DNA of 64,000 bases from Bacteroidales bacterium (GTDB lineage: Bacteria; Bacteroidota; Bacteroidia; Bacteroidales; UBA932): positions 21,248 to 85,247 of the forward strand of contig JAKSJU010000001.1 of the NCBI GenBank assembly GCA_024402095.1, written 5' to 3'. The position numbers and the translations under genes are program-made. Below the pieces are notes generated by a model. It did not search any database. It was given only the letters and a program-made list of their open reading frames with translations, and was not told where the DNA came from. Position 1 is the stretch's first letter. Every line of letters starts with the position of its first letter. Of the stretch, positions 9,701-18,325 are shown piece by piece.

Positions 9701-9801
9701 TGGGAATGGGCCGTGGAATGGGCGGTGGCCCTCGCGGCGGCGGAATGCCTATGGGAGGAGGAATGCCGATGGGCGGCGGAATGATGGGAGGCCGCCGTTA
9801 G
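6772..9801 (+). CDS. Outer-membrane beta-barrel protein (carboxypeptidase-regulatory-like N-domain, plug-like region; TonB-dependent-receptor-like)
   Basis: Signal peptide, KKDTIEYNA, EDLLKKLPG, GNPSLTP and a terminal strand YILLGVTFNF followed by a Gly/Met/Arg tail. Confidence 0.8.
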   Translation: MNYCKKIFLALCGIALSCAIASAQGKNTVTAKLLDGGNEEPVSFATVSITVKGTTKPYKYVLSGEDGAVKFEGVRKGNYVFKAELLGYKEYTKEFTMESASVDLGTIKLENDAEQLEAAKVSAAGNPVIIKKDTIEYNASSFKTNENAVLEDLLKKLPGIEVNDDGTITSNGQSVSKITIDGKTFFLDDPQVASKNIPAKMVNKLKVIRKKSEQAEFTGIDDGQEETVIDLNVMPDMMRGLIGRATAAAGVDIPSKINANKDFRYTGNAFVGSFRDRTQISLILNANNANMAGATNRSGNMMGAMMGGGMGMMMGGMAGGTGGGMMMGGGGVTTSYMAGLNAAADFFDDRMELGGNYMYNNSNNYLKQSSHNINHLPTNDLIKDSEGANTNLSGGHRFGIRLEHEFSENTSILFEPQINLGTGSYTQDQTTLTSYNDLKNDPYDLSNSTIKNSGANKNMSASGRFLLRQRLGIPGRTLTVNANFSFSDNNILGQNFNSTESYNENGSVAGIPVIVDQHFTNNQKQTRLTANATFTEPLGSNFYIDAEYSYSWNRSASNKETFNKGTDGAYNVFDPSYSNNIVNESMQHDIGVNLLYQSEAFRAQLGFSALPTHTFNSTTQYDPKTGSYNPRNYVDDRWNFSPRAMVFGTIGESTEMRIFYRGNTQQPSTSQLAPVPDNTDPMNISFGNPSLTPYFTHNVNGSVRLSNRQTFFTMNINLGGSVTQNPIVNATWYGSNGARYSMPFNGANTANANFNITLNSPIAKSDFSVINMTRVNWSKSSTYVGNVDMSQYKCDPMKDYYGFMDEFIAKHPDLTKASDFITNKTNSIRLMEQLRFVYRADNIQIGVSARTNVNKTWYSIQENAKNTLTFNNRASVDFDWTWEGPGIQFTADANYDWYNGYDTDQPSQCIINAGIYKTLGSVTLSLTGNDILGQTRNLMVSDSETYHQESVSNSLGRYILLGVTFNFGAMGGRRGGMGMGRGMGGGPRGGGMPMGGGMPMGGGMMGGRR
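7672..7764 (+). repeat. Low-complexity ATG/GGC coding repeat (Met/Gly-rich loop)
   Basis: Encodes MMGAMMGGGMGMMMGGMAGGTGGGMMMGGGG. Confidence 0.85.
9679..9798 (+). repeat. Low-complexity Gly/Met/Arg C-terminal coding repeat
   Basis: Encodes MGGRRGGMGMGRGMGGGPRGGGMPMGGGMPMGGGMMGGRR. Confidence 0.85.
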
Positions 9802-9836
9802 CAGTATCCCTGTTTTTTTATTAACTTTGTCCCGTT

Positions 9837-10457
9837 ATGATGCTTGTTTTTGCAAAAGCCGTCCTAACGGGACTTGTTGCTTCCATACCTCTGGGACCCG
9901 TGGCGATGATAGTCATACGAAAGACTGTCCAGCACGGGCGTAGAGCCGGTTTCGTCACCGGAGTAGGTGCGGCTTGCGTTGATACTTTGTATGCGGCGAT
10001 CGGCGTGCTTGCCGTAGCTGTCATCAGCCATTTCATTGAGGCGCATCATTATTTCATCACGGTATTCGGAGGATTCGTAGTCGCTGCAGTCGGCACGGTT
10101 ATGGCTTTCAGGGACCCGTTCAAGGGGATGAAGGAAAAGTCCGAGATTGTCCGCAAGACGTCGGCTTCTTATACTGCGCAGGGCGCGATGCTTTCGCTCG
10201 CCAATCCCGGAGCGCTGGTGCTGATGCTTGCGCTGGTCGGATTTTTCAAGCTCGGCGGGGAAGGAAAACTCGTGGCGGTCGCCGGAGTATTCGTGGGCGG
10301 ACTGATATGGTGGTGGCTGTTCTCATATCTCGTGAACAAGTTTGTGAAGAATCTTAACATCAACACCCTTGTGATGATAAACAAGATTACGGGTGTGGGT
10401 GTGGCAATATTTGGTTTGATATGGATACTAAGGGTTTTCTTGACAACTGGATTGTAA
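9837..10457 (+). CDS. LysE family translocator
   Basis: SIPLGPV, G...GF.TG.GAA..D.LY, ANPG motifs and about 6 hydrophobic segments. Confidence 0.85.
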   Translation: MMLVFAKAVLTGLVASIPLGPVAMIVIRKTVQHGRRAGFVTGVGAACVDTLYAAIGVLAVAVISHFIEAHHYFITVFGGFVVAAVGTVMAFRDPFKGMKEKSEIVRKTSASYTAQGAMLSLANPGALVLMLALVGFFKLGGEGKLVAVAGVFVGGLIWWWLFSYLVNKFVKNLNINTLVMINKITGVGVAIFGLIWILRVFLTTGL

Positions 10458-11236
10458 AGAATCTGCTGCGGGCCATCGCCCTTGTCGTAGGACTGGCGAT
10501 AATAGTGAATATCGTGCTGAACATAATCACCCAGCACGGGCGCGAACTTACGGTGCCGGATATGACAGGGCTCCTGTTTGAAGAATGTCAGGAAATAGCT
10601 GACGCGACAGGAATTACAGTCGAAATCGCAGATTCCGTATATGTGCGCAGGATGAAACCTGGAGCCGTCTTCTCCCAGCTTCCTAAGGCTGGTAGCAAGG
10701 TGAAGAAGGGCAGACGGGTGCTGCTCACCACTAACGCTGTCAATGCCAAGACAGTGTCCATGCCGTCTCTTGTGGGCCTTTCCATGCGTCAGGCAAAATC
10801 CGAGTTGAATGCCAAGGGACTGGTCCTGGGCAAGCTCATATATGTTGAGGATATGGCTACCAACAACGTCCTCAAGCAGATGTACAAGGGAGTCTCCGTG
10901 GAGGCCGGCACTCAGGTCGAAAGCGGTGCTTCCATCAACCTTGTGGTAGGACTGAACGGGGAGGACGGAATCACCTTCGTCCCTAACGTGCTGGGTCTCA
11001 AGTATCAGAGAGCCGTCGATGCCATTCAGGAGAATTCTCTTAATGTGGGCAGGCTGTATTTCGACAAGACTGTCGAGACTTATGCCGATACGCTTAATGC
11101 ACTGGTTTACAGCCAGACACCGGATGCTTCCCTGGGTAATACCCTTACACTTGGCTCTCAGGTTGGGATTTCCCTCACAATGGACGCAAGCAAGGTGCCG
11201 GCGATGCCTGCTTATTTTGATAAAGCCGAGCAGTAA
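10421..11236 (+). CDS. PASTA domain-containing protein
   Basis: N-terminal TM segment, TQHG, then three PASTA repeats (VPDMTG, MPSLVG, VPNVLG, Q.P..G). Confidence 0.88.
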   Translation: MDTKGFLDNWIVKNLLRAIALVVGLAIIVNIVLNIITQHGRELTVPDMTGLLFEECQEIADATGITVEIADSVYVRRMKPGAVFSQLPKAGSKVKKGRRVLLTTNAVNAKTVSMPSLVGLSMRQAKSELNAKGLVLGKLIYVEDMATNNVLKQMYKGVSVEAGTQVESGASINLVVGLNGEDGITFVPNVLGLKYQRAVDAIQENSLNVGRLYFDKTVETYADTLNALVYSQTPDASLGNTLTLGSQVGISLTMDASKVPAMPAYFDKAEQ

Positions 11237-12282
11237 TGGAAGATTGGCTTGAACCGGAAGTGGAAGTCGAAGACGAAGAGCAGGGAATGTTCGAACATTT
11301 CCGGCTTGTCGTGGACAAGGGACAGAATCCGATGCGTCTTGACAAGTATATGTCGACCCATCTGGAGGATACTTCCCGTCACCGCATCCAGTGTGCCATC
11401 AAGGAAGGTTACGTAAAGCTGGGGGACAAGACCGCCAAGGCCAACATGATAGTCCGTCCTGACGATGTCATCCGTTTTGTGATGCCATATCGCAGAAGAG
11501 GGCTTGAGATTCTGCCTCAGGATATTCCGCTCGATATCGCATACGAAGATGATGACGTGCTTGTGGTCAACAAGCCTGCCGGCATGGTTGTTCATCCCGG
11601 GCACGGACATTTCGAGGGGACTCTGATCAACGCCCTGTCATTTCACCTCGGCATCACCCAAGGTCCTGACGCGGCAGATGAGAGGATGGGCATCCTGGTG
11701 CACCGTATTGATAAGGATACCAGCGGGCTGCTGGCTGTCGCCAAGAACGATGAGTCCCAGCTGAACCTGGCCAGGCAGTTTTTTGACCATTCCATAGACC
11801 GGCGCTATGTTTCCATAGTGTGGGGCGATATCAGGGAAGATGAAGGTACTGTGGACGCGAACATCGCGCGTGACCCCAATGACCGTCTGAGATATAAGGT
11901 CTGCAGCGATCCTGAGCAGGGGAAGCATGCCGTAACGCACTACAAGGTGCTGGAACGGTTCGGTTTTGTCACTTTCATCGAGTGCAAGCTGGAGACCGGA
12001 CGCACCCATCAGATCAGGGTGCATATGAGCTCGATAGGCCATCCTATATTCGGAGATGACAGGTACGGTGGCAGGGAAATCCGAAAGGGAACGATTTATT
12101 CGAAATACAGGCAGTTCATCCAGAACTGCTTCGAAATATGTCCGAGACAGGCTTTGCATGCCAAGACACTCGGTTTCGTTCACCCAAAGACAGGGAAATG
12201 GGTCCAGCTGGACTCTGAAATTCCCGAGGATATGCTTTTGCTTCTTGACAAATGGAGAAAATATTCAAATATCTCGTACTGA
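11236..12282 (+). CDS. rluD: RluA/RluD family pseudouridine synthase
   Basis: S4 domain (RLDKY), VNKPAGMVVHP, VHRIDKDTSG, LETGRTHQIRVH, RQALHA. Confidence 0.9.
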   Translation: MEDWLEPEVEVEDEEQGMFEHFRLVVDKGQNPMRLDKYMSTHLEDTSRHRIQCAIKEGYVKLGDKTAKANMIVRPDDVIRFVMPYRRRGLEILPQDIPLDIAYEDDDVLVVNKPAGMVVHPGHGHFEGTLINALSFHLGITQGPDAADERMGILVHRIDKDTSGLLAVAKNDESQLNLARQFFDHSIDRRYVSIVWGDIREDEGTVDANIARDPNDRLRYKVCSDPEQGKHAVTHYKVLERFGFVTFIECKLETGRTHQIRVHMSSIGHPIFGDDRYGGREIRKGTIYSKYRQFIQNCFEICPRQALHAKTLGFVHPKTGKWVQLDSEIPEDMLLLLDKWRKYSNISY

Positions 12283-13448
12283 CAATCACTTTGACCCTGC
12301 TTTCAGTCAGGACTGACGCCGCCGGACTGGGAGAGAACTCCAGAGTGTCGCTTCTTACCTGCTCACCGGGTACGGAAGTGTGGTCGAATTACGGCCATAC
12401 GGCACTGCGCGTATGTGATCCCGATACGGGGCTGGACGTATGTTTCAACTACGGGATATTCAGCTTCAGTACGCCTCATTTCATATGGCGTTTCTGCACC
12501 GGAGAGACAGACTACATTGTCGGTGCGCAGAATACGGACTCTTTTATTGAAGAATATGTTCGCGAAGGCAGGGGTGTCACAGAACAGGTCCTGAATCTCG
12601 ACCTTGCCTCCAAAAATGAGATGTGGAATGCTCTCTGCGTGAACATTCAGCCTCAGAACAGGACATACAGGTACAATTTCTTCTATGACAACTGTGCCAC
12701 GCGCGTGCGCCGCATGATAGAGAACCATTGCGGGAATGTTGTCGAATACCTTGGAGACGCACCTTTCACAACCATGAGGGAAGCGGTCGAATATTACACC
12801 GAGGATTATCCGTGGACGCGTTTCGGCATTTCGCTCGTTCTGGGAGCGCCGGCGGACAGCCCGGCATCATATACGGACCAGATGTTCGCACCGGAGGTGA
12901 TGATGGACGCTTTCGACAGTGCGGTCATCGGCGGTGAGCCGCTGGTTCTCTCAAGGCAGACCCTGACTGAGTGCCGTGAGCTGCATTCATCTCAGACCTC
13001 GCTTCCTTCTCCGGACCTGGTGCTGTGCATCATTTTCGCCGTGTGCGCATTTGTGTCAGGTATTGAACTTCAGAAAAAGAAGCGTTTCCGCGCTGTTGAC
13101 GGCATACTTTGGGGAATCGCCGGATTGGCCGGCACGGTAATAGCGTTCCTTGCTCTGGTATCGGAGCACCCAGCCACCGATCCGAACTATCTGTTGATAT
13201 GGCTGGACCCTTTGGCGCTGGTTTATGCCATCGCCCTGTGTTTCAGGAAATTCAGGAATTCAAGAGCGGCGGATTTCGTTCAGATAGTGTTCCTGCCGTT
13301 CGTACTTTTTGCTCTTGCGGGATTCTTCTTCCTGCCGCAGACTTTCCACACGGCTTTGATACCGTTCAACCTGAGCCTGCTATTCAGATGCGTACTCGCG
13401 GTTGTAAACAGCTTGAATCGCTCCGGCCACAGGAAACATCTCAAGTAG
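12252..13448 (+). CDS. DUF4105-domain membrane protein (Lnb-like lipoprotein N-acyltransferase candidate)
   Basis: SLLTCSPG, YGHTALR, FNYG.F, YRYNFFYDNCATR and about 5 C-terminal TM helices. Confidence 0.75.
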   Translation: MEKIFKYLVLTITLTLLSVRTDAAGLGENSRVSLLTCSPGTEVWSNYGHTALRVCDPDTGLDVCFNYGIFSFSTPHFIWRFCTGETDYIVGAQNTDSFIEEYVREGRGVTEQVLNLDLASKNEMWNALCVNIQPQNRTYRYNFFYDNCATRVRRMIENHCGNVVEYLGDAPFTTMREAVEYYTEDYPWTRFGISLVLGAPADSPASYTDQMFAPEVMMDAFDSAVIGGEPLVLSRQTLTECRELHSSQTSLPSPDLVLCIIFAVCAFVSGIELQKKKRFRAVDGILWGIAGLAGTVIAFLALVSEHPATDPNYLLIWLDPLALVYAIALCFRKFRNSRAADFVQIVFLPFVLFALAGFFFLPQTFHTALIPFNLSLLFRCVLAVVNSLNRSGHRKHLK

Positions 13449-14204
13449 GTTGTCGACCTCGAGTCTTCTTCCTATCACTGTGCCCATAGGCTCCACGATA
13501 TACAGGCGCGGAGTGGACATCACGCCGTACAGTCTCTGATAGTCGGAATCTATCTCAGGGTCCCAGAGGTGTATGATGTGTACGTGCGGGTTATCGACTT
13601 TGAAGCTGTCCCTGAAATAATCCCAGGACTTTCTGTCGCTGCCGCTGTAGACGGCTACGAAATCAAGGTCGAAATCAGCGCTTTCCAGAACCTGCGGAAG
13701 CAGTTTGGACTCCGTCATGCATTTCTGGCAGTGCGTGTCATAGAACCACATGACGCTGGTGTGACCCGGGAGAGGGACTATCTCATTCTTGCCGGAAGCA
13801 TTGTACAAGGCGACCACGGGGGCGTACTCGCCGAGGAGGGTGCGCCTATTGAAGGTTGCGAAGATTTCAGCGGCCATCTTGTCGAACTCCCCGCGCATCT
13901 TGATCTTTCCGTTCGCGAAATAATTGTCGTATAGGTGTATGGCAACGGCCTCGTCACCCATCAGCTTTGAATCCACGTAATGGTCGTAAAGCCAGAGAGC
14001 TATATGCCGGGAGGCAAGGGAATCCTTCACGCTGCCTATCATAAAGTCACATTCGGAAGCCTTTTCCTCGGATGAATCCATCGCGATGGCGTCGCAATAG
14101 TTGACAAGCAGACTGTCCAGCTGATCGAAATTCTGGTTTTTGTCCTGGGCGGATGCAAGCACTGTGCAGAAAAGTGCCAGGAGTATGGCTGCCGTTTTTT
14201 TCAT
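13380..14204 (-). CDS. Exported thioredoxin-fold protein (DUF5106/redoxin-like)
   Basis: Signal peptide, helical N-domain, FYDTHCQKC (CxxC) and YGVMSTP (cis-Pro loop). Confidence 0.7.
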   Translation of the reverse strand: MKKTAAILLALFCTVLASAQDKNQNFDQLDSLLVNYCDAIAMDSSEEKASECDFMIGSVKDSLASRHIALWLYDHYVDSKLMGDEAVAIHLYDNYFANGKIKMRGEFDKMAAEIFATFNRRTLLGEYAPVVALYNASGKNEIVPLPGHTSVMWFYDTHCQKCMTESKLLPQVLESADFDLDFVAVYSGSDRKSWDYFRDSFKVDNPHVHIIHLWDPEIDSDYQRLYGVMSTPRLYIVEPMGTVIGRRLEVDNLLEMFPVAGAIQAVYNREYASE

Positions 14205-14671
14205 TTGATTACTTTTGGAAGTATGACCCCGTCCGGTACAAAAAGGGATGTGTCACCGTGATGTGATATCAAATCGCGTACCGCTGAGGATGAAATATGC
14301 GCGAACTCCTGTGCCGTAGGGATGATTATAGTCTCTATTTCAGGGGCGAGACGCCTGTTTGCATCTGCTATGCTGCGCTCCGTATCGAAATCGATCATAT
14401 TTCTCACTCCACGCACTATGTGCCTGATACCCAACTCTCTGCATATATTGACGGTGAGTCCGTCGTATGATATTATCTCAATGTTGTCCAAGCCTTTTGT
14501 GGTTTGTCTGATAATATCGAGTTTCTGTTCGTTGGTGAAGAAACCTCTCTTGTCCTGATTGATACCCACGGCCACGACGACTTCGTCGAACATAGTCAGG
14601 GCTCTGTTCAGAATGTTCAGATGACCTGCAGTGAAGGGGTCGAAAGATCCCGGGAACAATGCTTTTCTCAT
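14201..14671 (-). CDS. coaD: Pantetheine-phosphate adenylyltransferase
   Basis: FPGSFDPFTAGH, IVRGVR, ISSSAVR. ATG 14671 overlaps the ung stop. Confidence 0.96.
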   Translation of the reverse strand: MRKALFPGSFDPFTAGHLNILNRALTMFDEVVVAVGINQDKRGFFTNEQKLDIIRQTTKGLDNIEIISYDGLTVNICRELGIRHIVRGVRNMIDFDTERSIADANRRLAPEIETIIIPTAQEFAHISSSAVRDLISHHGDTSLFVPDGVILPKVIK

Positions 14672-15336
14672 ATTTTCCAATCTATTGGGCTCTTGCCCTG
14701 TTGAATCAATAATTCATTTGTCCTGCTGAAATGGCGGCAGCCGAAGAATGCCCCTCTGGCAAGAGGGGAAGGATGCGCAGCTTCCAGGACGAAATGCCTG
14801 CCGGTGTCCACAAGGGCGGCTTTTGACCTTGCGTAATTGCCCCAAAGCAGGAATACCACGCCGGTGCACTTCTCGGAGATTGTCCTGATTACGGCATCTG
14901 TGAATTCCTGCCACCCGTAGCTGCTGTGCGATGCGGCTTCTCCGCGCCGTACGGTGAGGATTGCATTGAGCAGGAGCACTCCCTGACGGGCCCATGGCTC
15001 GAGATTGGGGCTTCCGCTCATCGTAATGCCGAGGTCGGTCTCTATTTCACGGAATATGTTCTTGAGTGAAGGCGGTGCCGGTACGCCGTCGGGAACAGAG
15101 AATGACAGACCCATGGCCTGTCCGTATTCGTGGTACGGATCCTGTCCGAGTATCACGACCTTCACGTCAGGAAGGGGAGTGAGCTCGAATGCGCGGAATA
15201 TCTCCGGTCCCGGAGGGAAGATTACTTTTCCTGCGGCTTTTTCAGCATGCAGCCTTGAGGCAAGTCCGGCAAAATAATCTTTGTCGAATTCATCCTTCAG
15301 GGCTTCAGCCCAGCTTTTTTCAATGTTAACTTTCAA
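14668..15336 (-). CDS. ung: Uracil-DNA glycosylase
   Basis: ILGQDPYH, GLSFSV, PPSLKNI, QGVLLLN, HPSPL. TTG start overlaps the lon stop. Confidence 0.97.
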   Translation of the reverse strand: MKVNIEKSWAEALKDEFDKDYFAGLASRLHAEKAAGKVIFPPGPEIFRAFELTPLPDVKVVILGQDPYHEYGQAMGLSFSVPDGVPAPPSLKNIFREIETDLGITMSGSPNLEPWARQGVLLLNAILTVRRGEAASHSSYGWQEFTDAVIRTISEKCTGVVFLLWGNYARSKAALVDTGRHFVLEAAHPSPLARGAFFGCRHFSRTNELLIQQGKSPIDWKI

Positions 15337-17705
15337 AATATGAAGTCTATGACGTCGGCTATCGTGTTGACATAATGGAATTCAAGTCCCTTGACGTAGA
15401 TTTCCTTTATGTCTTCGATATCTTTTCTGTTTTCTTCGCAGATTACAATCGTCCTGACTCCGGCGCGCTTGGCTGCAAGAATCTTTTCCTTGATGCCGCC
15501 GACCGGCAGGACTCTTCCCCTCAGGGTCATTTCGCCCGTCATTGCGACGTGCTTTCTGATAGCCTTGCCTCTGAGCGCGCTGACCATCGAGCTGACCATT
15601 GTGATGCCGGCGGACGGACCGTCCTTAGGAGTGGCACCCTCAGGCACGTGTACGTGTATGTCCTTCGAAGTGAACTGCTTTGAAGTCATTCCAGCCATCT
15701 CCGGATGGGCTTTTATGTACTGGTAGGCTATTGTAGCGGACTCCTTCATCACGTCGCCGAGATTGCCGGTCATGCTCATCAGACCCTTTCCGTTGCTGAC
15801 GGAACTCTCTACGAACAGGATTTCCCCTCCCATCTGAGTCCATGCCAGTCCGGTAACGACTCCGGGAACCTCATTGCCCTTCTGGGCATCGTGTGATGCG
15901 GTAGGCAGGCCGAGATATTCCTTGAGATTCTCCTTGCGTATCGTCTCCGGGTATTCCTCTTCCATGGCAATCTTCTTGGCCGTCACTCTGGCAATTTTCG
16001 CAATCTGCTTCTCGAGACCTCTGACTCCCGATTCGTGAGTGTAGCTGTCGATGATGGCTTTCAGGCAGGCATTGTCTATCTTGAGAGCCTTCTTGCTTAT
16101 TCCGTGCTCTTCCAGCTGCTTCGGCACCAGATAGTGCTTTGCTATTTCAATCTTCTCCTCAGCAAGATATCCGCTGACGTTGATCACCTCCATTCTGTCC
16201 AGAAGGGCAGGCTGGATGGAACTGATTCCGTTCGCCGTAGTGATGAACAGGACATTGCTCAGGTCATAGTCGATATCCAGATAATTGTCATGGAAAGTGC
16301 TGTTCTGTTCAGGGTCGAGCGCTTCCAGAAGAGCTGAAGAAGGGTCACCCTTGAAGTCTGATGCCAGTTTGTCTATCTCGTCGAGCACAATGACCGGATT
16401 GGAAGTGCCGGCCTTTGCGATACCGTTGAGGATACGTCCCGGAAGTGCACCGACGTAGGTCTTTCTGTGACCTCTTATCTCGGCTTCATCGTGCATGCCG
16501 CCGAGAGCGATGCGTATATACTTGCGTCCCAAGGACTTGGCAATTGACTTTCCGAGACTGGTCTTGCCCACTCCCGGAGGCCCGTACAGGCAGAGGATAG
16601 GGGACTTCATGTTCCCCTTGAGCTTGAGGACGGCGAGGTATTCAATGATTCTGTCTTTGACAGTATCGAGCCCGTAATGATCCTTGTCAAGGACTTTCTG
16701 CGCGTGCTTGAGGTCGAGATTGTCCTCGGACAACTCGTTCCACGGCAGTGACAGCATGAATTCTATATAATTGTACTGGACGCTGTAGTCAGGGGAGTTC
16801 GGGTTGTATTTCTGGAGTTTGGAAAGTTCCTTCTCGAATATCTCCGCAACCTCCTTTGACCATTTCTTTTCGGCGGCCTTCTCCCTGAAAGCGTCGAATT
16901 CCCCCTCCTCGTCCATTCCGAGCTCCTCCTGGATGGTTCTGAGCTGGTTGTTAAGGTAATACTCCCTCTGCTGCTGGTCGATATCGCTCTTTACCTTCTG
17001 GTTTATCTCCTGCTTGATCTTGATGAGCTGGTTCTGGGTCTCGAGAATCGAGAGCAGCTTCATGGCTCTGACCTTCACGTCATTGTACTGCAGGAGGTCC
17101 ATCCTGTCGGCGAAATTCTCCACTTCCACTGTGGTGGCGATGAAGTTAACCAGAAACTCGAAGTCCTCGATGGCTTTGAGCGCGCCTATGGCTTCGCGGG
17201 CGGCCATGTTTGAGGAACGTATTATCTGGGCGGCCTTGTCTTTGAGCGACTCTGACATTGCCTTTATGTCAGCGCTCCTGCCGTTCGGAGTGATGTCCTG
17301 AAGATAATGTACGCTGGCCGTGATGTATGGCTCATAGCTGAGCACGGTCTCGAGTTCAAGTCTGTTGAGGCCCTGGAGTATCGCTGTGATGGTGCCGTCC
17401 GGCATTTCCAGCGTCTTGACCACGCGGGCCACGGTTCCGAATTGGTTAAGGTCTTCAGCCTGAGGCTCTTCGACCATAACGTCAATCTGAGGGACCGCTC
17501 CGATATAAAGGTTGTTCTTCTCTGCGTCCTCAATCAGTTTTATGGATTTTTCCCTACCGATGGTGATAGGGAAAATAGTACCCGGGAAAATGGCGGCATT
17601 TCTGAGCGCCAGTATAGGCAATGTCACGGGAAGCTGGCTCTCGTCAACCTTCTGGAGAACGTCTCCCTGCATCACCGGAATGATATTTACTTTTTCTTCC
17701 ATCAT
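15333..17705 (-). CDS. lon: ATP-dependent protease La
   Basis: GPPGVGKTS, LDEIDK, PKDGPSAG, GGIKEK. Confidence 0.98.
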   Translation of the reverse strand: MMEEKVNIIPVMQGDVLQKVDESQLPVTLPILALRNAAIFPGTIFPITIGREKSIKLIEDAEKNNLYIGAVPQIDVMVEEPQAEDLNQFGTVARVVKTLEMPDGTITAILQGLNRLELETVLSYEPYITASVHYLQDITPNGRSADIKAMSESLKDKAAQIIRSSNMAAREAIGALKAIEDFEFLVNFIATTVEVENFADRMDLLQYNDVKVRAMKLLSILETQNQLIKIKQEINQKVKSDIDQQQREYYLNNQLRTIQEELGMDEEGEFDAFREKAAEKKWSKEVAEIFEKELSKLQKYNPNSPDYSVQYNYIEFMLSLPWNELSEDNLDLKHAQKVLDKDHYGLDTVKDRIIEYLAVLKLKGNMKSPILCLYGPPGVGKTSLGKSIAKSLGRKYIRIALGGMHDEAEIRGHRKTYVGALPGRILNGIAKAGTSNPVIVLDEIDKLASDFKGDPSSALLEALDPEQNSTFHDNYLDIDYDLSNVLFITTANGISSIQPALLDRMEVINVSGYLAEEKIEIAKHYLVPKQLEEHGISKKALKIDNACLKAIIDSYTHESGVRGLEKQIAKIARVTAKKIAMEEEYPETIRKENLKEYLGLPTASHDAQKGNEVPGVVTGLAWTQMGGEILFVESSVSNGKGLMSMTGNLGDVMKESATIAYQYIKAHPEMAGMTSKQFTSKDIHVHVPEGATPKDGPSAGITMVSSMVSALRGKAIRKHVAMTGEMTLRGRVLPVGGIKEKILAAKRAGVRTIVICEENRKDIEDIKEIYVKGLEFHYVNTIADVIDFIF

Positions 17706-17808
17706 ATTCTGTCAAATTGTCAGTAAAACAGTGCATATTTCACCGGATGCGAATATAGTCAATCTCCGTGCCACTGCCAAGAAAGCAAGGAATTTATCGT
17801 CATAAGAT

Positions 17809-17839
17809 TTTGAATATTAAAAAAATAAATCTACTTTTG
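17809..17839 (+). promoter_or_regulatory. Bacteroidota promoter for HU-bS22
   Basis: TTTG (17809-17812), 19-nt spacer, TACTTTTG (17832-17839). Confidence 0.8.
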
Positions 17840-17875
17840 CAATCCTATTCAAAAGACAAATAAAGATACAATATT

Positions 17876-18151
17876 ATGACTAAAGCAGAGATCGTTAATG
17901 AGGTTGCAAAAGCAACTGGTATTGAGAAAGTTACTGTTCAGACTGTAGTTGAAGGTTTCATGGAGAGCGTGAAAGGGTCCCTGGCTAACAATGAGCCTGT
18001 TTATCTTCGCGGTTTCGGCAGCTTCATCATCAAGCACAGAGCACAGAAGGCTGCTCGCAATATCACAAAGAAAACCACAATGACCATTCCGGCACACGAC
18101 ATTCCGGCATTCAAGCCTGCAAAGGTTTTCCTGGCTACAATCAAGAAGTAA
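17876..18151 (+). CDS. hup: HU/IHF family DNA-binding protein
   Basis: MTKAEIV, VYLRGFGSF, ARNI, IPAFKPAK. Confidence 0.93.
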   Translation: MTKAEIVNEVAKATGIEKVTVQTVVEGFMESVKGSLANNEPVYLRGFGSFIIKHRAQKAARNITKKTTMTIPAHDIPAFKPAKVFLATIKK

Positions 18152-18170
18152 TCTTTAAATCATTATAACT

Positions 18171-18260
18171 ATGCCTAACGGAAAGAAGCATAAGAGACAC
18201 AAAATGGCTACGCACAAGCGTAAAAAGCGTTTGCGCCTCAACAGACATAAGAAGAAATAG
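18171..18260 (+). CDS. Small ribosomal protein bS22 (AURKAIP1/COX24-like), 29 aa
   Basis: Translated by hand: MPNGKKHKRHKMATHKRKKRLRLNRHKKK*. It has an A-rich leader and a downstream terminator, and falls below the ORF-track size cutoff. Confidence 0.88.
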   Translation: MPNGKKHKRHKMATHKRKKRLRLNRHKKK

Positions 18261-18265
18261 TCGAT

Positions 18266-18301
18266 AGAGGCCTGGCGGGGGATCCGACGGGCCTCTTTTT
18301 T
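18266..18301 (+). terminator. Intrinsic terminator after bS22
   Basis: AGAGGCCTG...CGGGCCTCT followed by TTTTT. Confidence 0.8.
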
Positions 18302-18325
18302 ATACCGTTCAAACAAGGTTTTCCA

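Noticed and set aside
7672-9798. GGC/ATG repeats as a CRISPR array or contingency locus
   Set aside because: They are degenerate in-frame codon repeats with no spacer structure.
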